A stretch of 64,000 nucleotides of DNA. Source: Eubacteriales bacterium (GTDB lineage Bacteria > Bacillota > Clostridia > Oscillospirales > QAKW01). The position numbers and the translations under genes were made by a program. Within the stretch, counting starts at the first letter, position 1. Every line of letters starts with the position of its first letter. Below are positions 17,605-25,583 of this stretch, piece after piece. Under the pieces are notes generated by a model. That model made no database searches. It saw only the letters and a program-made list of their open reading frames with translations, and had not been told where the DNA came from. The DNA is taken from positions 2,101-66,100 of the forward strand of contig JAZNXL010000007.1 of assembly GCA_045593905.1 (NCBI GenBank), written 5' to 3'.

Positions 17605-18486
17605 TATTATTGATTTTTTGTATTGTGTAGGGGTTTTGTTTGTGAATTTTTTAAAGCATTTGCTAAAATATTGCGGACTTTCAAAACATAACGCTTCAGA
17701 TATTTGTGTTATTGTTAAGTTATTTTCACGCAATAATTTTTTTGCCTCCTTAATTTTTAAGCTATTATAATAGTGAATAATACCGCCTTTGTAATACTGA
17801 CTGAATATCTTTTTAAGATAGCTTTTGCTTATGTTTAACTGCTTACAAATTTCTTTTATTGAAAGGATACTGTAGATATTACAGTTTATAATATCAAGAA
17901 CCTCTTTTACGTGCTCTGAAACTGCTATTCCGTCAATTATAAGATTGTTGCGTTGCTCTTTTGTAGCAATCGCCTTATTTCGCCTTAATAATATCAAAAA
18001 CATTTCTAAAAGGTTTTTAGTCATTTGACTGCTTCCAAACGGAGCGCTTTCTTTTATAGTCATACGTTGTATAAGCGGGTTATTCTCGTCGTCCATTTTA
18101 AAACACGAAAGCCCTTCGTTGAATAGTTGCGATAAGATTGAACGTTCATCGGGGGATAACTTAAAAATTTTACCCTCAAAATAGTTAATCTCGGGACTAT
18201 TGCACTCAAACGTGATAATGCTAACGTTGGGCGGGTTAACCCTGTTGCTTTTAAGGTTGTGAAACTCGTTGGGCTTATGAAAAACAATTTCTCCGCTTTT
18301 TAAAACAAAATTATTTTTATCAGCCGTACAAATAACTTCGCCTTGGTCAATATACACCATTTCCCAAAAATCGTGTTTTTCGCCAGGGTATTCAAAGTCT
18401 TTATTAAACTCCATATAAAAAAGAGTTATTACGCTTTTAATTTCTATAACGCTGTTAAATTTAATTCTTGTAAAATTGTCGCCCAT
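17599..18486 (-). CDS. AraC family transcriptional regulator (cupin sensor + HTH)
   Basis: N-terminal cupin (HDFWEMVYIDQGEV...VFHKPNEFHNL). C-terminal AraC HTH (ICKQLNISKSYLKKIFSQYYK...ISEALCFESPQYFSKCFKKFTNKTPTQYKK). Divergent from the 18588 operon. Confidence 0.85.
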   Translation of the reverse strand: MGDNFTRIKFNSVIEIKSVITLFYMEFNKDFEYPGEKHDFWEMVYIDQGEVICTADKNNFVLKSGEIVFHKPNEFHNLKSNRVNPPNVSIITFECNSPEINYFEGKIFKLSPDERSILSQLFNEGLSCFKMDDENNPLIQRMTIKESAPFGSSQMTKNLLEMFLILLRRNKAIATKEQRNNLIIDGIAVSEHVKEVLDIINCNIYSILSIKEICKQLNISKSYLKKIFSQYYKGGIIHYYNSLKIKEAKKLLRENNLTITQISEALCFESPQYFSKCFKKFTNKTPTQYKKSIIK

Positions 18487-18587
18487 AATTTAACTCCAAG
18501 TGTCTAATAGTACAAATATTATAACTTTATTTACATTGAAATTCAATATGATATGTTGTATTTTAAAATAAAAAAGGAGGTTATAAT

Positions 18588-19292
18588 ATGAACGTTTTAG
18601 CAATTGGCTGTCATCCGGATGATATTGAAATCAACTGCGCCGGTACACTTGCAAAATGTGTTAAGCGTGGAGATAATGTAACTGTTTGTCATGTTTGTAA
18701 CGGCAATTTAGGTCACGTAGTAATTCAACCTCATGAACTTGGCGAAATTAGAAAACAAGAAGCTATCAAAGCGGGTTCACTTGCGGGAATTAAAGTAGTT
18801 ACTTGTGATATCGGCGACCTTGTTGTTTATCATCAGAATAAAGAGCACAGAGATATGCTTGTTGATATTATCAGAGAAGCACAACCTGATTTTATCATTA
18901 CTCACGCTCCAAACGATTATATGCCTGACCATGTTGCAGTTAGTAATTTGGTGTTTGATGCTGCTTTTGCTGCAAGTGTACCTCATTATATTACCGGTAT
19001 TGCGGCTGCGTCACAGGTTACTCCTATTTATTATATGGACAACCTTGGCGGTAATGAATTTTTGCCTACTGAATATGTTGATATTTCAGACGAAATTGAA
19101 CTTAAACTTAAAATGCTCGAGTGCCACGAGAGTCAGCTAAAATGGATGAGAGAACACGATAATATTGATTTTGCAGATATGGTTAAAACAATTTCTAAAT
19201 ATCGCGGCTATCAGTGTGGTGCAACTTTTGCTGAAGCATTTAGTCAGTGTATGGTTTATCCCAAACCTACAACAAGGAGATTATTACCATGA
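18588..19292 (+). CDS. PIG-L/LmbE family N-acetyl-sugar deacetylase
   Basis: MNVLAIGCHPDDIEINCAGT carries the PIG-L Zn-site motif HPDD, with a later HxxH-like DHVAV region. RBS AAGGAGG. Confidence 0.85.
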   Translation: MNVLAIGCHPDDIEINCAGTLAKCVKRGDNVTVCHVCNGNLGHVVIQPHELGEIRKQEAIKAGSLAGIKVVTCDIGDLVVYHQNKEHRDMLVDIIREAQPDFIITHAPNDYMPDHVAVSNLVFDAAFAASVPHYITGIAAASQVTPIYYMDNLGGNEFLPTEYVDISDEIELKLKMLECHESQLKWMREHDNIDFADMVKTISKYRGYQCGATFAEAFSQCMVYPKPTTRRLLP

Positions 19293-20230
19293 AGAAGGTT
19301 GCTTGCGTAGGAATTTTAGTTGCGGATGTAATAGTTGAAAAAGTTTCACGATATCCTGAAAATGGAAAAATGGCGCCGGTTAATTCTATTGTAATGTGTA
19401 ACGGCGGCAATGCAATGACCGCAGCAATAAATTTAAGAAAGCTTGAAACGGAATCATATATTATTGGTATGATTGGCAATGACATGTTCGGCGAATTCTT
19501 AAAAAGTAAACTTTTAGAGAGCGGAACAAATATTAGTGGACTGAAAACAAATGACAATGTCCAGACTTCTACATCTGTCTTAATGATTGATGACGAAGGG
19601 GAGCGCTCTTATTTTCATTGCACAGGCACCAATTCTGTGTTTTCTGAAGAAGATATAGATTATAGTGTTATTGAAAAATGCGATATGGTGTTTGTTACAG
19701 GTTCTTTTCTTATGGACCGATTTGACGGCGCTCAAACAATGAACTTTCTAAAAAACTGTAAAAATATGGGTAAAACCACATTTCTTGATGTTTGTTGGGA
19801 TGCTACAGGGCAATGGGGAGAGCTACTTGATATGTCAATGCCGTACATTGATTATTTTATGCCCAGCTTTGATGAAGCTGTTTGTATTGCCAGCAAAGAA
19901 AATTTAGAGGAAATCGCAGATGTTTTTGTTTCAAAGGGAATAAAAAACGTTGTAATTAAGTTAGGCTCTAAAGGTTGTTATCTTCGCAAAGAAGGTGACC
20001 GAGAAGGTAAAGTATTTTCGCCATATTATGTAGAAAAACCTGTAGATACTGTTGGCGCTGGTGATAGCTTTTGTTCCGGATTTTTGGCGGCTTTTGCAAG
20101 AGGTAACAATGTAGAAGATTGCGCAAGGTTTGCCAATGCAGTTGGCTGTCATTGCGTAATGGCAAAAGGAGCAACAGCAGGTATAAAATCATATACAGAA
20201 ACAATAAATTTTATAAATAAAAATAGTTAG
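19289..20230 (+). CDS. PfkB family sugar/sugar-phosphate kinase
   Basis: The start at 19289 (MKKVACVGILVADV) follows AAGGAGA and overlaps the upstream stop (ATGA). PfkB signature DTVGAGDSFCSGFLAA. Confidence 0.85.
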   Translation: MKKVACVGILVADVIVEKVSRYPENGKMAPVNSIVMCNGGNAMTAAINLRKLETESYIIGMIGNDMFGEFLKSKLLESGTNISGLKTNDNVQTSTSVLMIDDEGERSYFHCTGTNSVFSEEDIDYSVIEKCDMVFVTGSFLMDRFDGAQTMNFLKNCKNMGKTTFLDVCWDATGQWGELLDMSMPYIDYFMPSFDEAVCIASKENLEEIADVFVSKGIKNVVIKLGSKGCYLRKEGDREGKVFSPYYVEKPVDTVGAGDSFCSGFLAAFARGNNVEDCARFANAVGCHCVMAKGATAGIKSYTETINFINKNS

Positions 20231-20241
20231 GGGAAATTATT

Positions 20242-21069
20242 ATGTTAGTAACATTAGAAGAAATTTTATGTGACGCTGAGAAAAAGAAGTATGGTGTAGG
20301 TCTTTTCAATATGCTTAATCTTGAGATGGCACGCGGAATAATTGAGGCGGCAGAGGAAGAAAAATCTCCGCTTATTCTTGGCGTTGCCGAGGTTCACCTT
20401 CCATTAATTCCATTTGATTATGCCGCTTTAATAATGAATAAAATCGCAAAAGAAGCAAAGGTGCCTGTTTGTTTACATTTTGACCATGGAACTGATTTTA
20501 ATAAAATTAAAGCTGCAATTGATGGGGGATTTACTTCTGTAATGTATGACGGAAGTTCTCTTCCTTATGAAGAAAATATTTTGAATACCAAAAAAATCAG
20601 TACTCTTGCACATGAAAAAGGAATTAGCGTTGAAGCAGAACTTGGACACGTGGGCGGTGCTGAAGGCGGAAACGATGACGGTATTGAAGAGATGTATACA
20701 AATGTTTCACAGGTTAACGATTTTATTGAACGTGCAGATATTGATGCGCTTGCAGTTGCAATAGGAACTGCTCACGGTCAGTATAAAACTAAGCCCAAAC
20801 TTGATATTAATCGTCTTGCAGATATCTATAAAATTAGTAACAAACCTCTTGTGCTTCACGGCGGTAGTGGACTTTCGGATGATGATTTTAAAAACACAAT
20901 TAAAAATGGTATTAGAAAAATAAATATTTGTACCGAAATGTGTATTGCTTTGAGGGAAGCATATCTTAAGAGCGCGAATCACGAAATATTATTTGACGAT
21001 GGTAAAAATGCTGTAAAAGAAATTGTTAAAAGTAAAATGCAGTTATTTGGCAGCAGTAATAAAGCGTAA
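20242..21069 (+). CDS. class II ketose-bisphosphate aldolase (FBA/tagatose-bisphosphate aldolase family)
   Basis: 275 aa. Motifs [18 protein letters not shown] and PLVLHGGSG are typical of class II aldolases. Confidence 0.85.
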   Translation: MLVTLEEILCDAEKKKYGVGLFNMLNLEMARGIIEAAEEEKSPLILGVAEVHLPLIPFDYAALIMNKIAKEAKVPVCLHFDHGTDFNKIKAAIDGGFTSVMYDGSSLPYEENILNTKKISTLAHEKGISVEAELGHVGGAEGGNDDGIEEMYTNVSQVNDFIERADIDALAVAIGTAHGQYKTKPKLDINRLADIYKISNKPLVLHGGSGLSDDDFKNTIKNGIRKINICTEMCIALREAYLKSANHEILFDDGKNAVKEIVKSKMQLFGSSNKA

Positions 21070-21091
21070 AAAGGTTTTAGGAGAAAATGTT

Positions 21092-22030
21092 ATGGATTTT
21101 TTATCAACTGTAAAAGGTAGTCTTTTAGAAGATTTTTATCCCAAGGGCTGGGATATGAAGAAAATAGACGAGTGCTGCGAAAAAGGTGTTGAAAGAGAAG
21201 ACTGGTGGAATAAAGATTTTAGCCCCATCGCTTGTGAAACACTTAATGACTTTGATACATTTATGGGTCACGAAATTGCATTACAAATTAAAAATGCAAG
21301 AGACCGTGGCGAAAAACTTGCTATGATTTTACCTGTTGGTCCTATGGGTATGTACAAATGGGCAGTTTACTTTTTGACAGAGTGGAAGGTATGCTGTGAC
21401 CACGTTTACACATTTAATATGGACGAGTGGGCTGATGCTGATGGTAATACATTACCCAGCACAAACCCTGCTTCGTTTGAGTACAGTATGAAACAAGCTT
21501 TCTTTGATAAGCTTGGCGAGCTTACTATTCCACCTTCACAACGCAACTTTGCTACAAAAGAAAATCTTCCTACTTATGCTAAAAAGATTGCTGACTTAAA
21601 AGCCGAGGGCGCTAAGCTTGTACTTGTATTTGGTATTGGTAGAATGTGCCATATAGCTTTCTGGGAACCGCAATTCGCTGAAGATTATGCATCTGAGGCT
21701 GATTGGAAAGCTGCAACACATAGAATAGGTGCAAAACTCCACCCGCTTACTATTGAACAAAACGCACTTACAAGCTTTAAGAGCCGCACAACACTCGTTC
21801 CTTGTCGCGCAAACACCGTAGGCCCCGGTCTGTTTTTACAAGCTGATATTATAATCGGTGGTTGTGATGGTGTTTTAGGACGTGGAATGGGCTGGCAAGG
21901 TATGAGCTTTTTAACAACATTACATTACGGTCCCGATATGAATATTACAAGCACATATATGCCTACGCTTCCCGGTAAGCTCTTCTACTTAAAAGAACTT
22001 GCAGGTCCGCTTGTTGCCGAGTGTAACTAG
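21092..22030 (+). CDS. NagB-like (glucosamine-6-phosphate deaminase/isomerase superfamily) protein, divergent
   Basis: The start at 21092 follows AGGAGA with a 7-nt spacer. NagB-like strings [12 protein letters not shown] and [15 protein letters not shown] are present (the canonical form is GIGxDGHIAFNEP). It has an N-terminal extension of about 60 aa. Confidence 0.7.
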   Translation: MDFLSTVKGSLLEDFYPKGWDMKKIDECCEKGVEREDWWNKDFSPIACETLNDFDTFMGHEIALQIKNARDRGEKLAMILPVGPMGMYKWAVYFLTEWKVCCDHVYTFNMDEWADADGNTLPSTNPASFEYSMKQAFFDKLGELTIPPSQRNFATKENLPTYAKKIADLKAEGAKLVLVFGIGRMCHIAFWEPQFAEDYASEADWKAATHRIGAKLHPLTIEQNALTSFKSRTTLVPCRANTVGPGLFLQADIIIGGCDGVLGRGMGWQGMSFLTTLHYGPDMNITSTYMPTLPGKLFYLKELAGPLVAECN

Positions 22031-22036
22031 TTTAAT

Positions 22037-22069
22037 AAAAGCAGTCAAATTGACTGCTTTTATTTTTTT
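22037..22069 (+). terminator. rho-independent terminator ending the PIG-L operon
   Basis: Stem GCAGTCA / TGACTGC (22041-22047 / 22051-22057), followed by TTTTATTTTTTT. Confidence 0.75.
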
Positions 22070-22070
22070 G

Positions 22071-22099
22071 TTGATTAAAATAGTTTAATGTGTTATTAT
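22071..22099 (+). promoter_or_regulatory. sigma-A type promoter with extended -10
   Basis: TTGATT (22071-22076), a 17-nt spacer, then TGtTATTAT (22091-22099). The -10 ends 6 nt before the ATG at 22106. Confidence 0.5.
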
Positions 22100-22105
22100 A
22101 TTTTT

Positions 22106-23395
22106 ATGGAAAATTTAGTATTAAAAAAAGAAATTAAAGTATCAAAAAAATATCAGGTTGTTGTATGCGGCGGCGGTCCTTCGGGATTTATTGCTGCTAT
22201 TGCCGCAGCAAGAACCGGCGCTTCCGTCGCCATAATAGAAAGGTATGGCTTTTTTGGCGGAATGGCAACTGCCGGACTTGTAGCACCAATTTCAGAGTTT
22301 ATGCATGAGGGTGAGCTTATTGCAGGCGGTATTCCGCTTGAGTTTGTTAACCGTATGTACGAATTCGGCTATGGTAAAATGTGCGAGCCTCGTGGTAATT
22401 ATGTATTCCACCCCGAAGCTTATAAATTAGTCGCTGAACAGATGATTGACGAAGAAAATATTGATGTGTATTTTCATTCGTTTGTGTCTGATTGTGTTGT
22501 TAAAGACGGCAAGATTACACATGTTGTTTTTGAATCTAAAAGCGGCACAATGGCTATTGAGGCTGATTATGTAATTGACGCTACAGGTGACGGTGATATT
22601 GCGTATATGGCAAACGTTCCTATGCAAAACTATAATATGCCATTACAACCTGTTTCTATGTATTTTGTAATAGGTGACGTTGATACCGATGCTATTAAGG
22701 GCTACTATCCGGGTGAAAAAAGCAGTAGCTTAAAGCACGTACATGAGCGCCTTAATGAACTTAAAAAAACTAAGGATATTCCGCAGTTTGGCGGTCCTTG
22801 GTGCTTTGCAGGTATCGGTGAAGGCATTTGTATGGTGAATATGACAAGAACATCGGCTGACTGGCTCAATGTAGAGTCGGCAACTGCTGCTGAATTTCAA
22901 TTAAAGCAAGACGTGTTTAAATGCGTTCAGGTTCTTCGTGAGAATTTTGACGAATTTAAAAATGCAAAGCTTTTACAAATGGCTATGCAAGCAGGTATTC
23001 GTGAAACTCGTCACATAAAAGGTGTCCATGTTTTAACAGGTGAAGAATATAAGAATTCGGTTAATTTTTATGATTCTATTGCACGCTGTTCTCATCCTAT
23101 AGATATTCACAGCGCAACTGATAACTCACAACAATGCACTCATCTTAAAGAAGCTGCATATATCCCGTACAGGTCAATTATCGCTGAAGGCTTTGATAAC
23201 TTGCTTGTGCCTTCAAGATGTTTTTCGGCTGACCGAGAGGCTTTTGCATCAGCTCGTGTTCAGGTTGGTGTTATGGGCATGGGTCAGGCGGCTGGTGTTG
23301 CGGCTGCACTTTGTGCTAAAAATGGCGCTGTTGTATCACAGGTTAATATTGAAAATCTTAAACAAATTCTAATCGATTGGGGCGTTGTAATATGA
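22106..23395 (+). CDS. FAD-dependent oxidoreductase (FAD_oxidored-like)
   Basis: Dinucleotide-binding motif YQVVVCGGGPSGFIAAIAAARTG. 429 aa from the ATG at 22106. No Shine-Dalgarno precedes either 22088 or 22106. Confidence 0.8.
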   Translation: MENLVLKKEIKVSKKYQVVVCGGGPSGFIAAIAAARTGASVAIIERYGFFGGMATAGLVAPISEFMHEGELIAGGIPLEFVNRMYEFGYGKMCEPRGNYVFHPEAYKLVAEQMIDEENIDVYFHSFVSDCVVKDGKITHVVFESKSGTMAIEADYVIDATGDGDIAYMANVPMQNYNMPLQPVSMYFVIGDVDTDAIKGYYPGEKSSSLKHVHERLNELKKTKDIPQFGGPWCFAGIGEGICMVNMTRTSADWLNVESATAAEFQLKQDVFKCVQVLRENFDEFKNAKLLQMAMQAGIRETRHIKGVHVLTGEEYKNSVNFYDSIARCSHPIDIHSATDNSQQCTHLKEAAYIPYRSIIAEGFDNLLVPSRCFSADREAFASARVQVGVMGMGQAAGVAAALCAKNGAVVSQVNIENLKQILIDWGVVI

Positions 23396-23883
23396 GACGT
23401 GACAAAATTAATTATTATCTTGATATAGCAGAAACTGCAATTAATCGCGGCACCTGCTTAAGACGCAATTTTGGCGCTATTATTGTAAAAAACGACCAGA
23501 TTATTTCAACAGGTTACACAGGAGCTCCTCGCGGCAGAATTAACTGTTGTGACAGGGGTGAGTGTATCCGTGAAAAGAAAAATGTTAAAAGCGGTGAAAG
23601 ATACGAGCTTTGCCGTTCGGTACACGCCGAAGCAAACTGTATTATTTCGGCTGCGCGCAACGATATGATTGGCTCAACAATGTTTTTGGTCGGCAAAGAG
23701 GCAAAAACAGGCGAGTACGTTAAAAACACAACATCGTGTACTATGTGCCAGCGTTTAATTATTAATGCAGGAATATCAAAACTTATTGTTAGAGATAACA
23801 TTAACGATTACCGCGAAATTGATGTTGAAAGCTGGATAACCAATGACGAATCATTGATTGGTGAAAGCTCATACGGAAAGTAA
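23392..23883 (+). CDS. comEB: dCMP (deoxycytidylate) deaminase, ComEB-like
   Basis: Zn-binding motifs VHAEANCI and CTMCQRLIINAGI. The ATG at 23392 overlaps the upstream TGA (ATGA). Confidence 0.85.
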   Translation: MRRDKINYYLDIAETAINRGTCLRRNFGAIIVKNDQIISTGYTGAPRGRINCCDRGECIREKKNVKSGERYELCRSVHAEANCIISAARNDMIGSTMFLVGKEAKTGEYVKNTTSCTMCQRLIINAGISKLIVRDNINDYREIDVESWITNDESLIGESSYGK

Positions 23884-23885
23884 TT

Positions 23886-23916
23886 AAAAAGAGGTATCAT
23901 TGATACCTCTTTTTTT
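23886..23916. terminator. bidirectional rho-independent terminator
   Basis: Stem GAGGTATC / GATACCTC (23891-23898 / 23902-23909), with an A5 run before and a T7 run after. Confidence 0.8.
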
Positions 23917-24706
23917 AGTCTTTACATTTTTTAAAATCGGGAGGGAAAAACTCGTTTGTAGGGAAGGATAGTCTTTCGAAATAACGGCAAGGCTCTTCTT
24001 CGTTGCAGGGCTTACATTCTTTATCGGGTAAGCAGAATTTTGTTGAGGGTATAAGAAGTTGAACTTCTCTGATTATTCTTACAATACTGAATACACCTAT
24101 TGTAACAACAAGGCTTCTTTCACCGCAAGGTACAAGTCCTTCGTCAAAGCAGCAAGTTACACAGTTGGGTAGTGACTGAATATCGGCTTCACAACAGCAG
24201 TTAGTGTTACAGGTGGGAACAATTTTTGTGCTTAAAACAATTGGGTCTACAACGTCAACCTCGGCTATAGGCAAATTAACTGTTTCTTTTGTTCTTTCGA
24301 GGCAGGAGTTCTTATTATATTTTGAAGAGTATGTCACGCTGTTTCCTTCGCTGCCAAACAGTATTACTGTTTTACTACATGTTGCAAGACCTTCTATTAA
24401 GCAAGGTCTGCCAATACCTGTGTTTACTTCAAACTGTAAAATGAAGTAAAATGTTATATTAACTGAGTAAAATCCCTTGTTAAAAGGAACGGGGTCTAAA
24501 TCAACAGATGTCCAAATAAGGTCTGCTTTGTGGGTTTTAACATTTACTGCACTATCTATTGCTTTTTGTCCGTGCGGATTTAAATACACCTTTAAGTCAC
24601 TAAAGCAATCTTTATCTTTACAGGTGTCGTAAATTCTTTGTGCATTTATACACACCTCATCTTTAAATTTAAACTCTTCGGGTTTATGTTGCTCAAAGTT
24701 TTCCAT
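23915..24706 (-). CDS. cysteine-rich hypothetical protein (19 Cys in 263 aa)
   Basis: Strong RBS GGAGGAA 5 nt upstream. Cys clusters: VCINAQRIYDTCKDKDC, TCNTNCCCEADIQSLPNCVTCC, KFCLPDKECKPCNEEEPC. No signal peptide or TM segment. Confidence 0.6.
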   Translation of the reverse strand: MENFEQHKPEEFKFKDEVCINAQRIYDTCKDKDCFSDLKVYLNPHGQKAIDSAVNVKTHKADLIWTSVDLDPVPFNKGFYSVNITFYFILQFEVNTGIGRPCLIEGLATCSKTVILFGSEGNSVTYSSKYNKNSCLERTKETVNLPIAEVDVVDPIVLSTKIVPTCNTNCCCEADIQSLPNCVTCCFDEGLVPCGERSLVVTIGVFSIVRIIREVQLLIPSTKFCLPDKECKPCNEEEPCRYFERLSFPTNEFFPPDFKKCKD

Positions 24707-24750
24707 AAATTTTCCTCCATATGTTTATTAAGCTTAGTCGCTTGTAATAT

Positions 24751-24778
24751 TACTATATGGTTTTTATTTATTTTTTGT
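24751..24778 (-). promoter_or_regulatory. candidate sigma-K type promoter (AC-17 nt-CATAtagTA)
   Basis: The minus strand reads AC (24778-24777), a 17-nt spacer, then CATATAGTA (24759-24751), 44 nt upstream of the ATG of the Cys-rich gene. The motif is short and the DNA is AT-rich, so this is weak. Confidence 0.35.
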
Positions 24779-24786
24779 TAAAAATG

Positions 24787-24815
24787 TTGCAGTCACGGTT
24801 TTTTTGTGTTATAAT
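24787..24815 (+). promoter_or_regulatory. sigma-A type promoter with extended -10
   Basis: TTGCAG (24787-24792), a 17-nt spacer, then TGtTATAAT (24807-24815), upstream of the lipoprotein gene. Confidence 0.5.
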
Positions 24816-24872
24816 ATCAAAAAGATTTTAGTTTTATGAATTTCATACCTTAAAGGTAGATTGGAGTTTTAT

Positions 24873-25475
24873 ATGAAATTTAAAAGAATTATCGCGGTTT
24901 TATTAGTTTTGTGTATGGTGTTTTGCCTTACATCTTGTAAGTCGGGCGACCCTAAAAAAGTTGTTAATGACTTTATGAAAGCACTTGTTAAATACGATGT
25001 AAACGCAATGGCAAAATACGTTGAAGATATTCCTACCAACACTAACAGTATCTACAAACACGATATTTATACATCTGGTTATTATGTTGACCTTTATCAA
25101 ATGGCCAACGAAGGCAGGCTTACATACAAAATTGTGTCTGTTAAAGGCAACACTGTTAAAGTAAAGGTTAAAATGCCCGATATTTATACTCTTTACTCAA
25201 ACACTTTAATGTCACTTGTTTCGCAAACTTTTGCAAACGAAGAACTTTTAAATTATGTTCTCGATGAAGAAAACGACCCTCAGCTTATGCTTATTGCGTT
25301 AATGATTGATGCTGTTGAAAACGGTGATGTTGGTGTTGTTGAAGAAGAGTTTGTCCTTAAAACCGGCAAAATCAACGGTGAATTGAAAATTATGACAAAC
25401 GAACAGCTTGAACAACTAATGACAAGCAAACTTTGTCTTGTTCAAAAAGATGTACTTTCTGAAATAACTGAATAA
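24873..25475 (+). CDS. lipoprotein, function unknown (DUF4878/NTF2-like guess)
   Basis: The start at 24873 follows GGAG. Signal peptide with lipobox: MKFKRIIAVLLVLCMVFCLTSC|KSG. Confidence 0.75.
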   Translation: MKFKRIIAVLLVLCMVFCLTSCKSGDPKKVVNDFMKALVKYDVNAMAKYVEDIPTNTNSIYKHDIYTSGYYVDLYQMANEGRLTYKIVSVKGNTVKVKVKMPDIYTLYSNTLMSLVSQTFANEELLNYVLDEENDPQLMLIALMIDAVENGDVGVVEEEFVLKTGKINGELKIMTNEQLEQLMTSKLCLVQKDVLSEITE

Positions 25476-25502
25476 AAAAAGAGCCATAAGGCTCTTTTTT
25501 AT
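25474..25502 (+). terminator. rho-independent terminator
   Basis: Stem AGAGCC / GGCTCT with loop ATAA, followed by a T-run. Confidence 0.75.
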
Positions 25503-25583
25503 TTGTTTTTTGTCAATAATAATACAAAAAGCTAAGAAAAGAGATGTATTAAAATCTGGGTAAAAAGAAGTTCTTTTGTATTA

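Noticed and set aside
22088-22105. Upstream in-frame ATG (MCYYIF...) considered as the start of the FAD oxidoreductase.
   Set aside because: It lies inside the spacer of the predicted promoter and has no SD. The conserved Rossmann motif begins shortly after the 22106 Met.
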